From an uncultured Trueperaceae bacterium (lineage in GTDB: Bacteria; Deinococcota; Deinococci; Deinococcales; Trueperaceae): a stretch of 64,000 bases of DNA. How positions within the stretch are numbered: position 1 is the first letter of the stretch; each line of letters opens with the position of its first letter. The notes beneath the pieces are model-generated. The model did no database searches. It saw only the letters and a list, made by a program, of their open reading frames with translations, and was not told the DNA's origin. Shown here one piece after another: positions 52,406-60,709 of this stretch. The stretch is taken from positions 352,001 to 416,000 of the forward strand of contig CAWCXJ010000007.1 in the NCBI GenBank assembly GCA_963799485.1. The letters are read 5' to 3'. A program made the position numbers and the translations under genes.

Positions 52406-53314
52406 TTAGCGTTCACCCAAGCTTTCCAGCCAGCGTGCCCCGTCAGCGCGGTTTATAGGCGGCATCTGCGGCTCTTTGGAGAACCAGGTACGTTGTCTTT
52501 TAGCGTAGCGCAGGGTTGCCTGAATAACGGCCTGAATAACGGTGTGCGGCGCGTTCTCTAGAGAACCGCCGAGAATCGCCGCGCGCACCTCTTTATACCC
52601 AATCGCCTGCAGCGCGGTCGTTGCCGCCGGATAGCGCGCTAAAAGCCCGCGTACTTCGGCGATCAGGCCCGCACGAAACATCGCCTCGGTGCGCTCACGG
52701 ATGACCGGCTCGAGCCGGTCGGGGTCGAGCTCGAGCCGCCGTTTGCTGTAGCGGTAACGCGGTTTTGTCTTTGGAAACGTCGTCGGTGAGCGCCCCGTGC
52801 GTTCCCAAATTTCGAGCGCCCGCACAAGCCGCCGGGGGTTACGCTGCGCGCGGGCGGCGTCTTCCGGGCTACGCCGGAAAAGCTCGGCCTCGAGCGCGTC
52901 AAGCCCCTTTTGCTCGCGGCGTTCCCAAAGCCTTCGCTGCACCTCGGCGTCGGGAGCCGGGGTCGTTGGTAAACCCTCGGTCAGCGCGCGAATGTAAAAC
53001 CCGGTGCCCCCGACCACGAGAGGAAGTTTGCCCTTTTCCAAGACCTCACCGATAGCCTGTTCTGCCAGCGTGACGTAACGCGCGACGCTAAACGCTTCGT
53101 CGGGGCGCGCCACGTCTATAAGGTGATGCGGTACCCGCGCCCGCTCGTCTACGGTCGGTTTTGCCGTGCCGATATCGAGCCCCCGGTAGACCATCATGGC
53201 GTCGGCTGAAATCAGCTCGAGCCCGTACAATTCAGCCAGCATCAGGGCCAGCGCACTCTTCCCACTCGCCGTGACGCCGCCTAGAACAGGAATGATAGGA
53301 GACTCGGACATCAT
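52406..53314 (-). CDS. miaA: tRNA dimethylallyltransferase
   Basis: [45 protein letters not shown]. Confidence 0.96.
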   Translation of the reverse strand: MMSESPIIPVLGGVTASGKSALALMLAELYGLELISADAMMVYRGLDIGTAKPTVDERARVPHHLIDVARPDEAFSVARYVTLAEQAIGEVLEKGKLPLVVGGTGFYIRALTEGLPTTPAPDAEVQRRLWERREQKGLDALEAELFRRSPEDAARAQRNPRRLVRALEIWERTGRSPTTFPKTKPRYRYSKRRLELDPDRLEPVIRERTEAMFRAGLIAEVRGLLARYPAATTALQAIGYKEVRAAILGGSLENAPHTVIQAVIQATLRYAKRQRTWFSKEPQMPPINRADGARWLESLGER

Positions 53315-53324
53315 CGTTTCCGAT

Positions 53325-53420
53325 TGTACGAACGCCACGTCATAAGTACCACGTCGCAAACACGTATGTCACAAACACGACGTCACCAATACCACGTCGC
53401 GAACGTCATGTACAAACGCC
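53325..53420. repeat. Imperfect ~14-bp tandem array (about 6 units, consensus near CCACGTCRCAAACR)
   Basis: ccacgtcataagta ccacgtcgcaaaca cgtatgtcacaaaca cgacgtcaccaata ccacgtcgcgaacg tcatgtacaaacg. Confidence 0.75.
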
Positions 53421-53456
53421 GCAGGGAGGCAAAAAAAGACGTGCTAAGCTCGTTTT

Positions 53457-53855
53457 ATGGAGTTGGACAAACGCGACGACAGCACACCACACGGAACTCA
53501 GCGCGACCTGCAAAACCTGCTCATCCTGCGTGACCGGGTAAGCGAGCTGGCGCACGGGGTCGCGCCGCAAAGCCTCGAGCTCAAACTCGACTTGCTCGAC
53601 CTCGGGGAAGCGTACCGGCTGATCGTCGATTTGCCCGGCGTCGCCCAAGACGACCTCGAGATTGCCCTGCGCGGGCGGCAACTCACCCTTGCGGGCCTCC
53701 GCGAGATGAACGGCGGCGAGCAGACTTTTATCGTACATGAACGTGCGGGGGGGCACTTTCAAAGGACGCTCGAGCTGCCCGGCGACGTTCGTTACGAGGC
53801 GAGCAGCGCCCAGCTGCGCGAAGGTTTGCTGATTTTGCATCTGCCTAAAACCTAA
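53457..53855 (+). CDS. Hsp20/alpha-crystallin small heat-shock protein
   Basis: VDLPGV..DD.EI, ER..GHFQRTLELP, A.LREGLL...LPK. Confidence 0.92.
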   Translation: MELDKRDDSTPHGTQRDLQNLLILRDRVSELAHGVAPQSLELKLDLLDLGEAYRLIVDLPGVAQDDLEIALRGRQLTLAGLREMNGGEQTFIVHERAGGHFQRTLELPGDVRYEASSAQLREGLLILHLPKT

Positions 53856-54057
53856 TCCTTCGCGTCTTTCAAAAATTGATAGGTGACACTGTATATTTAG
53901 GTGTGTTCTACCGTAAGACTTAAACCGCGAGGTCTGCCGCCCAGGTACAAGCACTTAACGGTGCAGCACGGTTCGGAGGCTATCATGTGAAAGTGTGTAC
54001 CGAACGGCTTCTCCCGGATGGGGCGCGTAGCCGATTAGCTGACACCTGTAGTAGCCG

Positions 54058-55050
54058 CTAGTCGTTGCCAGCGCCACTGTCTGGAACAGGCCCGGATTCG
54101 TCGAGTCCTGCACCTGTATCGCCGCCTGTACCGTCCGCTGCGGAGGAGCTGTCTGGGCCGGCATTTTGGCTCGAGCCACCCAAACTTGGCAGCGGCGCTT
54201 CATTGCCAAGATCGAGCGTAAACGTGCCCCTCACGCCCTGCGTCACCACTACGTCGTTGCTGTCCAAATCGTATTCGATAACCTCGCCGGCGACCTCGCC
54301 CTCGTCGTTACGACTGCGCGCCGGCTTGCCGCGCAGCACCGCAAAACCCGCCTCCTCGTCAAGTTCTAAAGTATCCGCTTCGCTGGTGCGTCCGTCGGAC
54401 TCGATCCTGACGTTGCCGCTGAGGGTCTGAACGTCTTCATCGACGTTAAACGAAAAGCGGGCGGACGAGGCGGTCAGCGCGGGCGAGTCGCCGGAGGCGC
54501 GGCGCTCTAGGTTGACCGGCCCGGTCATCTCGCCGACGCCGCGGTTGTTTTCATAGACGAGCGGCCCCCCCTCGACGGTCGTGCGCCCTTCGGTAATTAC
54601 GACCTTCGGGTTTTTTTCACGTTTGAGATTTTTCGGGCAGAGCGTCTCGTCGTCTACGCTCAGCGACCCGCCGAAAAAGTTCAGCACGGCCTTGTCCTGC
54701 GCTGCCGCGCCGCCCGCTTTGGGTTGGGTGCGGAGAACGATGCTCGAGCGAATCCGGGTGTTGTTTACTTTCGTATCGATGCGCTTGGGGTTTGGCGCGT
54801 AGTAAAACGACAAGTTTTCGTCTTTACGGCAGTTGCTCCCGCCCCGCGTAATGGAGAAACCTCCTTCGGCGTCGGTGGCGGTTTGCTGCACGGTAATCGG
54901 GCGGTCGTTGCGCTGAAGCTCAAATGACGGCAGGTTGGACGCCGGACTAGCAGCCGGGTCGGGCGGCTGAGGGGTGTTCGCGTCAGTCTGCGCGATACCT
55001 ACGCCTAGCAGTCCAAGACTGGAGAGTCCTAAAATTACGAGCCGACGCAT
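54058..55050 (-). CDS. LptA/OstA-like beta-jellyroll periplasmic protein
   Basis: Signal peptide; LSGNVRIESDGRTSEADTLELDE...AVLRG.PA...GEVIEYDLD...V...VRG. Confidence 0.75.
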   Translation of the reverse strand: MRRLVILGLSSLGLLGVGIAQTDANTPQPPDPAASPASNLPSFELQRNDRPITVQQTATDAEGGFSITRGGSNCRKDENLSFYYAPNPKRIDTKVNNTRIRSSIVLRTQPKAGGAAAQDKAVLNFFGGSLSVDDETLCPKNLKREKNPKVVITEGRTTVEGGPLVYENNRGVGEMTGPVNLERRASGDSPALTASSARFSFNVDEDVQTLSGNVRIESDGRTSEADTLELDEEAGFAVLRGKPARSRNDEGEVAGEVIEYDLDSNDVVVTQGVRGTFTLDLGNEAPLPSLGGSSQNAGPDSSSAADGTGGDTGAGLDESGPVPDSGAGND

Positions 55051-55055
55051 AGACT

Positions 55056-56069
55056 TTATTGCGCTGAGGCCGTTTCGCTCGTTAGCCTAAACTGCGCCGT
55101 ATCGAAACTTGGTGTCGGGTCGCTCAGCTGCTGCACCGAGTTGATGTCGGTGCGCTGCTCGATCCGGGCACCGCGAATGGTCGAGCCGAAGGCGGCGTCA
55201 ACCGAAACCGCCGGACTGCCGATCACTTCGGCGCGGGAGGCCGTATCGTCGTAGTAGAGCGTGGTACCGGTCGTCGTCGTGTCGCCGTCGACAATCGCGA
55301 CGTTGCCGGTGGCGAGCAGCACGTCGGTATCGGTCAGCGCGCGAATCTCGTCGGCAGTGATAGTTAAAAAGGTGCCGTCGTCGTTTTCGCGGCGCGCCAC
55401 CGCCTGACCCTGCTGATTGCTCAGCACTGCGAGGTCGCGCCCCTCTTCAAAGATGAGCTCGTCCGCCTGCGCGTCTTGCGCGCCGTTGGTGAGCATAACG
55501 TTCCCCTGGCTGACGCTCGTATCGGTATCGACGTCGAAGGTTACGGTATCGGTACCGATATTAACGACGTCGCCACCCTCTTCGGCGGGTTGCACGACGA
55601 TGGCGGTTTTTTGCGGCATCACACCACGGCCTGTGGCTTCACTGTAGGTAAGTGCCGGCCCGGTCGCTGTGAGCCGCCCCCGCTCGACCCGGACGCCGCC
55701 GGTAAAGTTCGCTTCACGCGCCCCTTCGGCCTCGGCAATCAGCACGCCCTCGGGCGCGCGCAGTTCACCGCGCTGGGCGAAAATCTCGAGGTTCGACACG
55801 CTCGCCGCGAGACCGCCCGGTTGCGGGTGTTCATAAACGTAGGGGCCGTAACGGAGGTCGGGGCTGTTCCGGGTGCCGCCGTCGTAGGTAATCGTGATGA
55901 TGCGCTCACCCGGTTCGGCAGCGGTTGCCGGTTGCGCGCCACCGGACTGCGCGCTGCCTGACTGAGTGTTCTCAGCTTGGGTACTGTCCGGGGGCGTGGC
56001 GCTTTGGGCAAGCACAGCGCTTGCGAGTAGAAAAGCGGATAAAGCAAACTTATGTGCGGTACTGGACAT
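55056..56069 (-). CDS. LptA/OstA-like beta-jellyroll periplasmic protein
   Basis: Signal peptide; repeated F.GGVRV, QGNV.L and ATGNV.I..G....G..LYYD units. Confidence 0.75.
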   Translation of the reverse strand: MSSTAHKFALSAFLLASAVLAQSATPPDSTQAENTQSGSAQSGGAQPATAAEPGERIITITYDGGTRNSPDLRYGPYVYEHPQPGGLAASVSNLEIFAQRGELRAPEGVLIAEAEGAREANFTGGVRVERGRLTATGPALTYSEATGRGVMPQKTAIVVQPAEEGGDVVNIGTDTVTFDVDTDTSVSQGNVMLTNGAQDAQADELIFEEGRDLAVLSNQQGQAVARRENDDGTFLTITADEIRALTDTDVLLATGNVAIVDGDTTTTGTTLYYDDTASRAEVIGSPAVSVDAAFGSTIRGARIEQRTDINSVQQLSDPTPSFDTAQFRLTSETASAQ

Positions 56070-56078
56070 GAAACTCCT

Positions 56079-56642
56079 CTAGGGCCGGTCGGCGGTATCT
56101 CTGAAGCTGTCTCTGTTCTGGGTACCTTCGCCGCCGGTCTTAACATCGGTAAGGTCGAAGTTCATACTTAAGTTTTTAGACGAGCTGATATTTTCTCCTG
56201 TTTTTTCGGCAATATCAATAGCCGGGGCAACAAACCTGCCCTGCTCCTGATTTAGAAGCACCGGCTCGCCGTTGCGTGCCCGCATGTCGAGCGTCCACCC
56301 TACATCAGGAAGGTAAACCTCAATCTGTTGACCGTATATATTATCCTGCGCGTCGATAACCAGACGCTTGGAGGCCAGCGTAAAGTCGGTTTTGCCACCG
56401 ACGGTTCTTTCGGCGTCGCCAATATCGCGGAGTACAGTCTCCTGCGCGTCGGGTTCGTAGTCGACCTGCTCGGCGGCGAAGTGCCACACGGCGTCGGGGT
56501 CGGCCTGCGGGTAGAGCGTAACTGTTGCGCCGCTCAGGGCGATGGTTCCACCCGGCGTGACCTGTTGCTGCTGCGGAAACAGCGACAGCACGATGAGGAC
56601 GGCGACCGTAAGGCCGAGGGCAAGAAGCGCAAGCCGGAACAC
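56079..56642 (-). CDS. LptC-like single-TM protein
   Basis: N-terminal TM anchor followed by beta-rich domain (WHFAAEQVDY); first gene of the LptA-like cluster. Confidence 0.55.
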   Translation of the reverse strand: MFRLALLALGLTVAVLIVLSLFPQQQQVTPGGTIALSGATVTLYPQADPDAVWHFAAEQVDYEPDAQETVLRDIGDAERTVGGKTDFTLASKRLVIDAQDNIYGQQIEVYLPDVGWTLDMRARNGEPVLLNQEQGRFVAPAIDIAEKTGENISSSKNLSMNFDLTDVKTGGEGTQNRDSFRDTADRP

Positions 56643-56823
56643 AGGTTCAATCTATCAGTCTATGGCAGTGAGAAGCGTGACGGAATCATCAAGGGAGGTT
56701 GGGGTCGGCGCGAGAACGCGCGCCGATCAGAGCGCGGCGCGGGCTGAGCCCGAATTTCTGCACCTTTTTGTTCTGTAGGCTTTGTTTTTTGGCGTCACGG
56801 CTGCTGCACTCTCCGGGTCAATC

Positions 56824-56834
56824 TGTGCTATACT
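56824..56834 (+). promoter_or_regulatory. Extended -10 promoter upstream of rpoD
   Basis: TGTGCTATACT about 150 nt before the GTG start. Confidence 0.6.
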
Positions 56835-56985
56835 CTTATGTTAGCGCGATGCGGCGCGACTGATTCGCGGCAAGCGCCAAAAATTCCAGTCCGAAACACG
56901 CTGAAAACCTGAAAACCGCAGCAGCGGCCTTTTCCACTGTTCATAACCCGTACCCAGCTCCCTGCCTAGACCCGTTGGAGGCAAA

Positions 56986-58332
56986 GTGACCGAAGCAAAC
57001 GTCAAGACCAAACCCAAAACAAAAAAAGCACCGGTCAAAAAAGGCATAAAGCCCGCCAAAACCGAAGCGTCCGTAACCGGCCCGGCGTGGGTCAATGCGC
57101 CGCAGATCCAAAAACTTTTCGAAACCGGCAAACGCGAAGGTTCGCTTAACTCCGAAGAGATTACCACGGCGCTAAATAAAGCCGTCGAATCGCTCAATCT
57201 AGACAGCGCCAGCGACGACTTTGAAGTCCTGATCGGGCTTTTAGGTGCGCAAAAGATCGAAATCGCCGACCTCGCCGACGATGAAGTCATCGACGACGAC
57301 GAGTTCGACGAAGTTGCCGAACTAGACGACGCTGATGACGACGAGGGCGATCTAAACCGCGACCGTGAAGAGATGGAAGCGCGCGCCGAAGCGATGTCGG
57401 GTAGCCGCCTGTCGACCAACGATCCGGTGCGGCAGTACCTGCACGAAATCGGGCGTGTCAGTCTTTTGACACTCGAGGAAGAAATCTCGCTCGCGCGGCG
57501 GATCGAAGAGGGCGAAGCCGCCGAAAAACGTTTGGCTGAAGAGGGCGAAGGGCTACCCGAACGCACCAAACGCGGTCTCAGGCGTGTCCAGGAAGACGGC
57601 GACATGGCGCGGCAGCACCTTATCGAAGCCAACTTGCGTCTCGTCGTCTCGATTGCCAAAAAATACACCGGGCGTGGCCTGTCGTTTCTAGACCTCATTC
57701 AAGAGGGCAACCAGGGGCTTATCCGGGCCGTTGAAAAGTTCGAGTACCGCCGCCGTTACAAGTTCAGCACTTACGCGACGTGGTGGATTCGCCAAGCCAT
57801 CAACCGTGCTATCGCCGACCAAGCCCGCACCATCCGTATTCCCGTTCACATGGTCGAGACCATCAACAAACTGACCCGCACCGCGCGGCAATTGCAGCAA
57901 GAACTCAGCCGCGAACCGACCTATGAAGAGGTTGCCGACGCGATGGGGCCGGGCTGGAACGCCGAAAAGGTCGAAGAGGTCTTCAAGGTCTCGCAAGAGC
58001 CGGTGTCTTTGGAAACGCCTATCGGCGACGAAAAAGATTCGTTTTACGGCGACTTTATCCCCGACGATAACGTCGAATCGCCCGTAGACCAGGCGAGCAA
58101 AACGCTGCTCAGTGAAGAACTCGACAAAGCCTTGGACAAGCTGACCGAACGTGAGTCGATGGTGTTGAAGTTCCGTAAAGGTCTCGTCGACGGGCGCGAA
58201 CACACGCTCGAGGAGGTCGGCGCACACTTCGGCGTAACGCGTGAGCGGATTCGGCAGATTGAAAACAAGGCGCTCCGTAAACTCAAGTACCACGAATCCA
58301 GAACGCGTAAACTGCGTGACTTTTTAGACTAA
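56986..58332 (+). CDS. rpoD: Primary sigma factor SigA/RpoD
   Basis: [53 protein letters not shown]. Confidence 0.98.
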   Translation: MTEANVKTKPKTKKAPVKKGIKPAKTEASVTGPAWVNAPQIQKLFETGKREGSLNSEEITTALNKAVESLNLDSASDDFEVLIGLLGAQKIEIADLADDEVIDDDEFDEVAELDDADDDEGDLNRDREEMEARAEAMSGSRLSTNDPVRQYLHEIGRVSLLTLEEEISLARRIEEGEAAEKRLAEEGEGLPERTKRGLRRVQEDGDMARQHLIEANLRLVVSIAKKYTGRGLSFLDLIQEGNQGLIRAVEKFEYRRRYKFSTYATWWIRQAINRAIADQARTIRIPVHMVETINKLTRTARQLQQELSREPTYEEVADAMGPGWNAEKVEEVFKVSQEPVSLETPIGDEKDSFYGDFIPDDNVESPVDQASKTLLSEELDKALDKLTERESMVLKFRKGLVDGREHTLEEVGAHFGVTRERIRQIENKALRKLKYHESRTRKLRDFLD

Positions 58333-58338
58333 AAGTCG

Positions 58339-58404
58339 GCAATGAGTGCCGAGCAATGAGTAGTGAGTGGTTGTCCTCATTGCTCGTTGCTTTTGACTCG
58401 TTGC
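58339..58404. repeat. Heptamer-built palindromic repeat, copy 3 (inverted)
   Basis: Reverse complement reads GCAACGA-GTCAAAA-GCAACGA-GCAATGA-G...; between convergent rpoD and permease. Confidence 0.78.
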
Positions 58405-59600
58405 TACTTGCCGTATTTGGTACGGCGCTCGAGCCACTTCAGCAAGCTCGAGGCAATCAGCGTAATCACGATGTAAAGCACCGCAACCGTGTTGAACGGC
58501 TCGAAGACCTGAAAGTTGGCAGCTTGGTATTCACGGGCGAGCTGCGTCAGTTCGCGCACGCCCAAAACCGATAAGAGCGACGAGTCTTTGAGCATGGCGA
58601 TAAACTCGTTGCCGAGGGGCGGCGTGACGATTCGCAGCGCTTGTGGCAAGACGACAAACCGGGCGGTCTGCGTACCCGTCAGGCCTAGCGTGCGGGCCGC
58701 TTCACGTTGACCGTGCGGGACGGCTTCGATTCCGGCCCGGAAGATTTCAGCTAAGTACGCCGCGTAGCCGAGCGCGATTGCGACGACGCCGCGCATCAGG
58801 ATGGGCATGTCGAGGACGCCGCCGGTCGCGTCGCGGAGGGCTCCCTGCAGCGGAAAGCCGACGTAGAGGATAATCACCAGCATCGGAATGCCGCGAATCA
58901 TATCGATGTAGAGCTCAGCGAAGATTCTTAAGGGGTGCTCAAAACTCCACCAGCCGGCAGCGCTCAGCATCAGGAGCAGCACGGCGAATACCGCGCTCAG
59001 CAGGGCCGGGTTACGCGCTGCCGAGGATAAAAAGGCGACTTGCCAGAGGGTATTTGCACCCTGCGGAACCTGCGCGGTAGGGATAAAGGCGGCGCTGACG
59101 GTGCCGGACTCCAACCCCGCAAGCGCGTCCTCAACCGAGGTAAACGACCGCACCGACATCGCCTCACCGCCGTAAGCCCCGGACTGAATCTGTTTGGAGA
59201 TGCGCCCCGGCGTACCCTGAATGATGGCTACGCGCCCGTCAGTGTTGCCGATTAAGGTGTAGTCGGTGGTCGGGCGAGAAAAGAAAAATACGCTGGCGAG
59301 CGCCGCCAAGAGTGCCGCGACCCCGAAACGCAGGTTCGTCCAGCGTCCGCACCTAAGGAGTAAGAGTCCGGCGAGTCCTAAACCCAGTAACATCGCTGTG
59401 ATGTAGGCGAGAATGGTCACGACCGCTGTGACCCCGACACCGGGCACGATGTAGCGGAGCGCGCGCTGATAATCCGGTGCGGTGACGAACAGGTAGATGA
59501 CAAACGGCAGCGCACTCAGGAGGACGATTGTGCTTGGGCCTAGACTGGCACCTTGAGACGGGGTTGCAGGTGTCGGAGAAGGTTTGGTCACGCGTGGCAC
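58404..59600 (-). CDS. Polar amino acid ABC transporter permease with inserted extracytoplasmic domain
   Basis: YIDMIRGIP, AYLAEIFRAGI, GQREAA..LG, VVLPQA, KDSSL. Confidence 0.92.
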   Translation of the reverse strand: MPRVTKPSPTPATPSQGASLGPSTIVLLSALPFVIYLFVTAPDYQRALRYIVPGVGVTAVVTILAYITAMLLGLGLAGLLLLRCGRWTNLRFGVAALLAALASVFFFSRPTTDYTLIGNTDGRVAIIQGTPGRISKQIQSGAYGGEAMSVRSFTSVEDALAGLESGTVSAAFIPTAQVPQGANTLWQVAFLSSAARNPALLSAVFAVLLLMLSAAGWWSFEHPLRIFAELYIDMIRGIPMLVIILYVGFPLQGALRDATGGVLDMPILMRGVVAIALGYAAYLAEIFRAGIEAVPHGQREAARTLGLTGTQTARFVVLPQALRIVTPPLGNEFIAMLKDSSLLSVLGVRELTQLAREYQAANFQVFEPFNTVAVLYIVITLIASSLLKWLERRTKYGK

Positions 59601-59635
59601 CGGGAGTACGTTGGGTAAGGCACGCAGCTAAACGT

Positions 59636-59661
59636 AAAAAGCCCGGTTGAACCGGGCTTTC
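59636..59661. terminator. Hairpin between SBP and permease genes
   Basis: AAAAAGCCCGGT-TGA-ACCGGGCTTT; U-tract on minus strand. Confidence 0.65.
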
Positions 59662-59676
59662 CTGCAGCGTGTTTCA

Positions 59677-60429
59677 CTAGTTGTTGACAGCCAGCCATTT
59701 GCTCTGGAGTTCCTCGAGCGTCCCGTCGGCTTTGATCTCGGCGAGTCCGGCGTTTAGCGCGTCGACGAGCGGGCTACCTTCCGGGACGACAAAACCCAGT
59801 TCGGTGCCCGACTCTACGTCGGCGATGTTCACCGTCAGCTGTCCGGCGTACTGCTCGACAAACGCATTTGCCGAGGTACCGTCGATCTCTACGCCGTCCA
59901 CGTCGCCGTTTAGAAGCGCCTGCACCGCCGTGTTGAAGTTGTCGTAAAGCCGGAGCCGGTCGCGCCCGACGAGACTTTCAGCGGTCACAGCGTTCGTGGT
60001 ACCGGTCTGCGCGCCCAAAATCAGGTCGCCGCCCGTAAAGTCCTCCAAGGTCAAATCAGCGTCTTCGACGCGTACCGCAATCGCTTCGGTGACGGTGAGG
60101 TAGGGGTCGGTAAAATCGACGATCTGGTCGCGTTCGGGGGTAATCGACACGCCCGAGGCGACCATATCGAACTCACCGTTGGCGAGAGCCGGAAAGATAC
60201 CGTCCCAGGCGGTCGTCTTAAACTGAGCGACGCAGTTGATCTTTTCACAAATCGCGTTGACGACATCGACGTCGAAACCGACGACTTCGCCCTGCTGGTT
60301 GACGAGTTCAAAAGGCGGGTAGGTGGTATCCGAGCCCACCGTGAGCGTGCGGCCCGCTAAGTTGGGCATATCGGTCTGGGCCAAGGCGAAGGGCGTCAGA
60401 AGCAAGGCGGCGAGTACAAGTCGTTTCAC
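59677..60429 (-). CDS. Amino acid ABC transporter substrate-binding protein (family 3)
   Basis: Signal MKRLVLAALLL..ALA; YPPFE, GFDVD, ITPER...DFTDPY, QTGTT, ADGT; start may be 60465. Confidence 0.93.
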   Translation of the reverse strand: MKRLVLAALLLTPFALAQTDMPNLAGRTLTVGSDTTYPPFELVNQQGEVVGFDVDVVNAICEKINCVAQFKTTAWDGIFPALANGEFDMVASGVSITPERDQIVDFTDPYLTVTEAIAVRVEDADLTLEDFTGGDLILGAQTGTTNAVTAESLVGRDRLRLYDNFNTAVQALLNGDVDGVEIDGTSANAFVEQYAGQLTVNIADVESGTELGFVVPEGSPLVDALNAGLAEIKADGTLEELQSKWLAVNN

Positions 60430-60709
60430 AAAGATTCTTTCAGGGCGTGTTTGATTAGGTGTCATGCACAATTATAGCCGCTAAACGGTTCAAGTGTAAG
60501 GGGGAGCCTTGACGCCGGGAAAGATAGTGGGAGACGAATCAAGATGTCCAGCCGTTCCCGGTCGTTTGCACGCTCCAAAAGATATGTGTTTGTTATGCTC
60601 AGCGTATCTAGGGGCGCTTTACTCAAACGCCCGATTGGCTTCAAGTAAGCTACGTTGCGCCGCCCTGCAACAACTGGCGGCAACTGAAAGTGAAATGACT
60701 GAAGGTGAG

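Noticed and set aside
53325..53420. CRISPR array
   Set aside because: Units are 14 bp, contiguous and degenerate, with no unique spacers and no cas genes in the window.
56841..58293. Long minus-strand ORFs (285 and 201 aa)
   Set aside because: Antisense shadows of rpoD caused by GC-rich codon bias.
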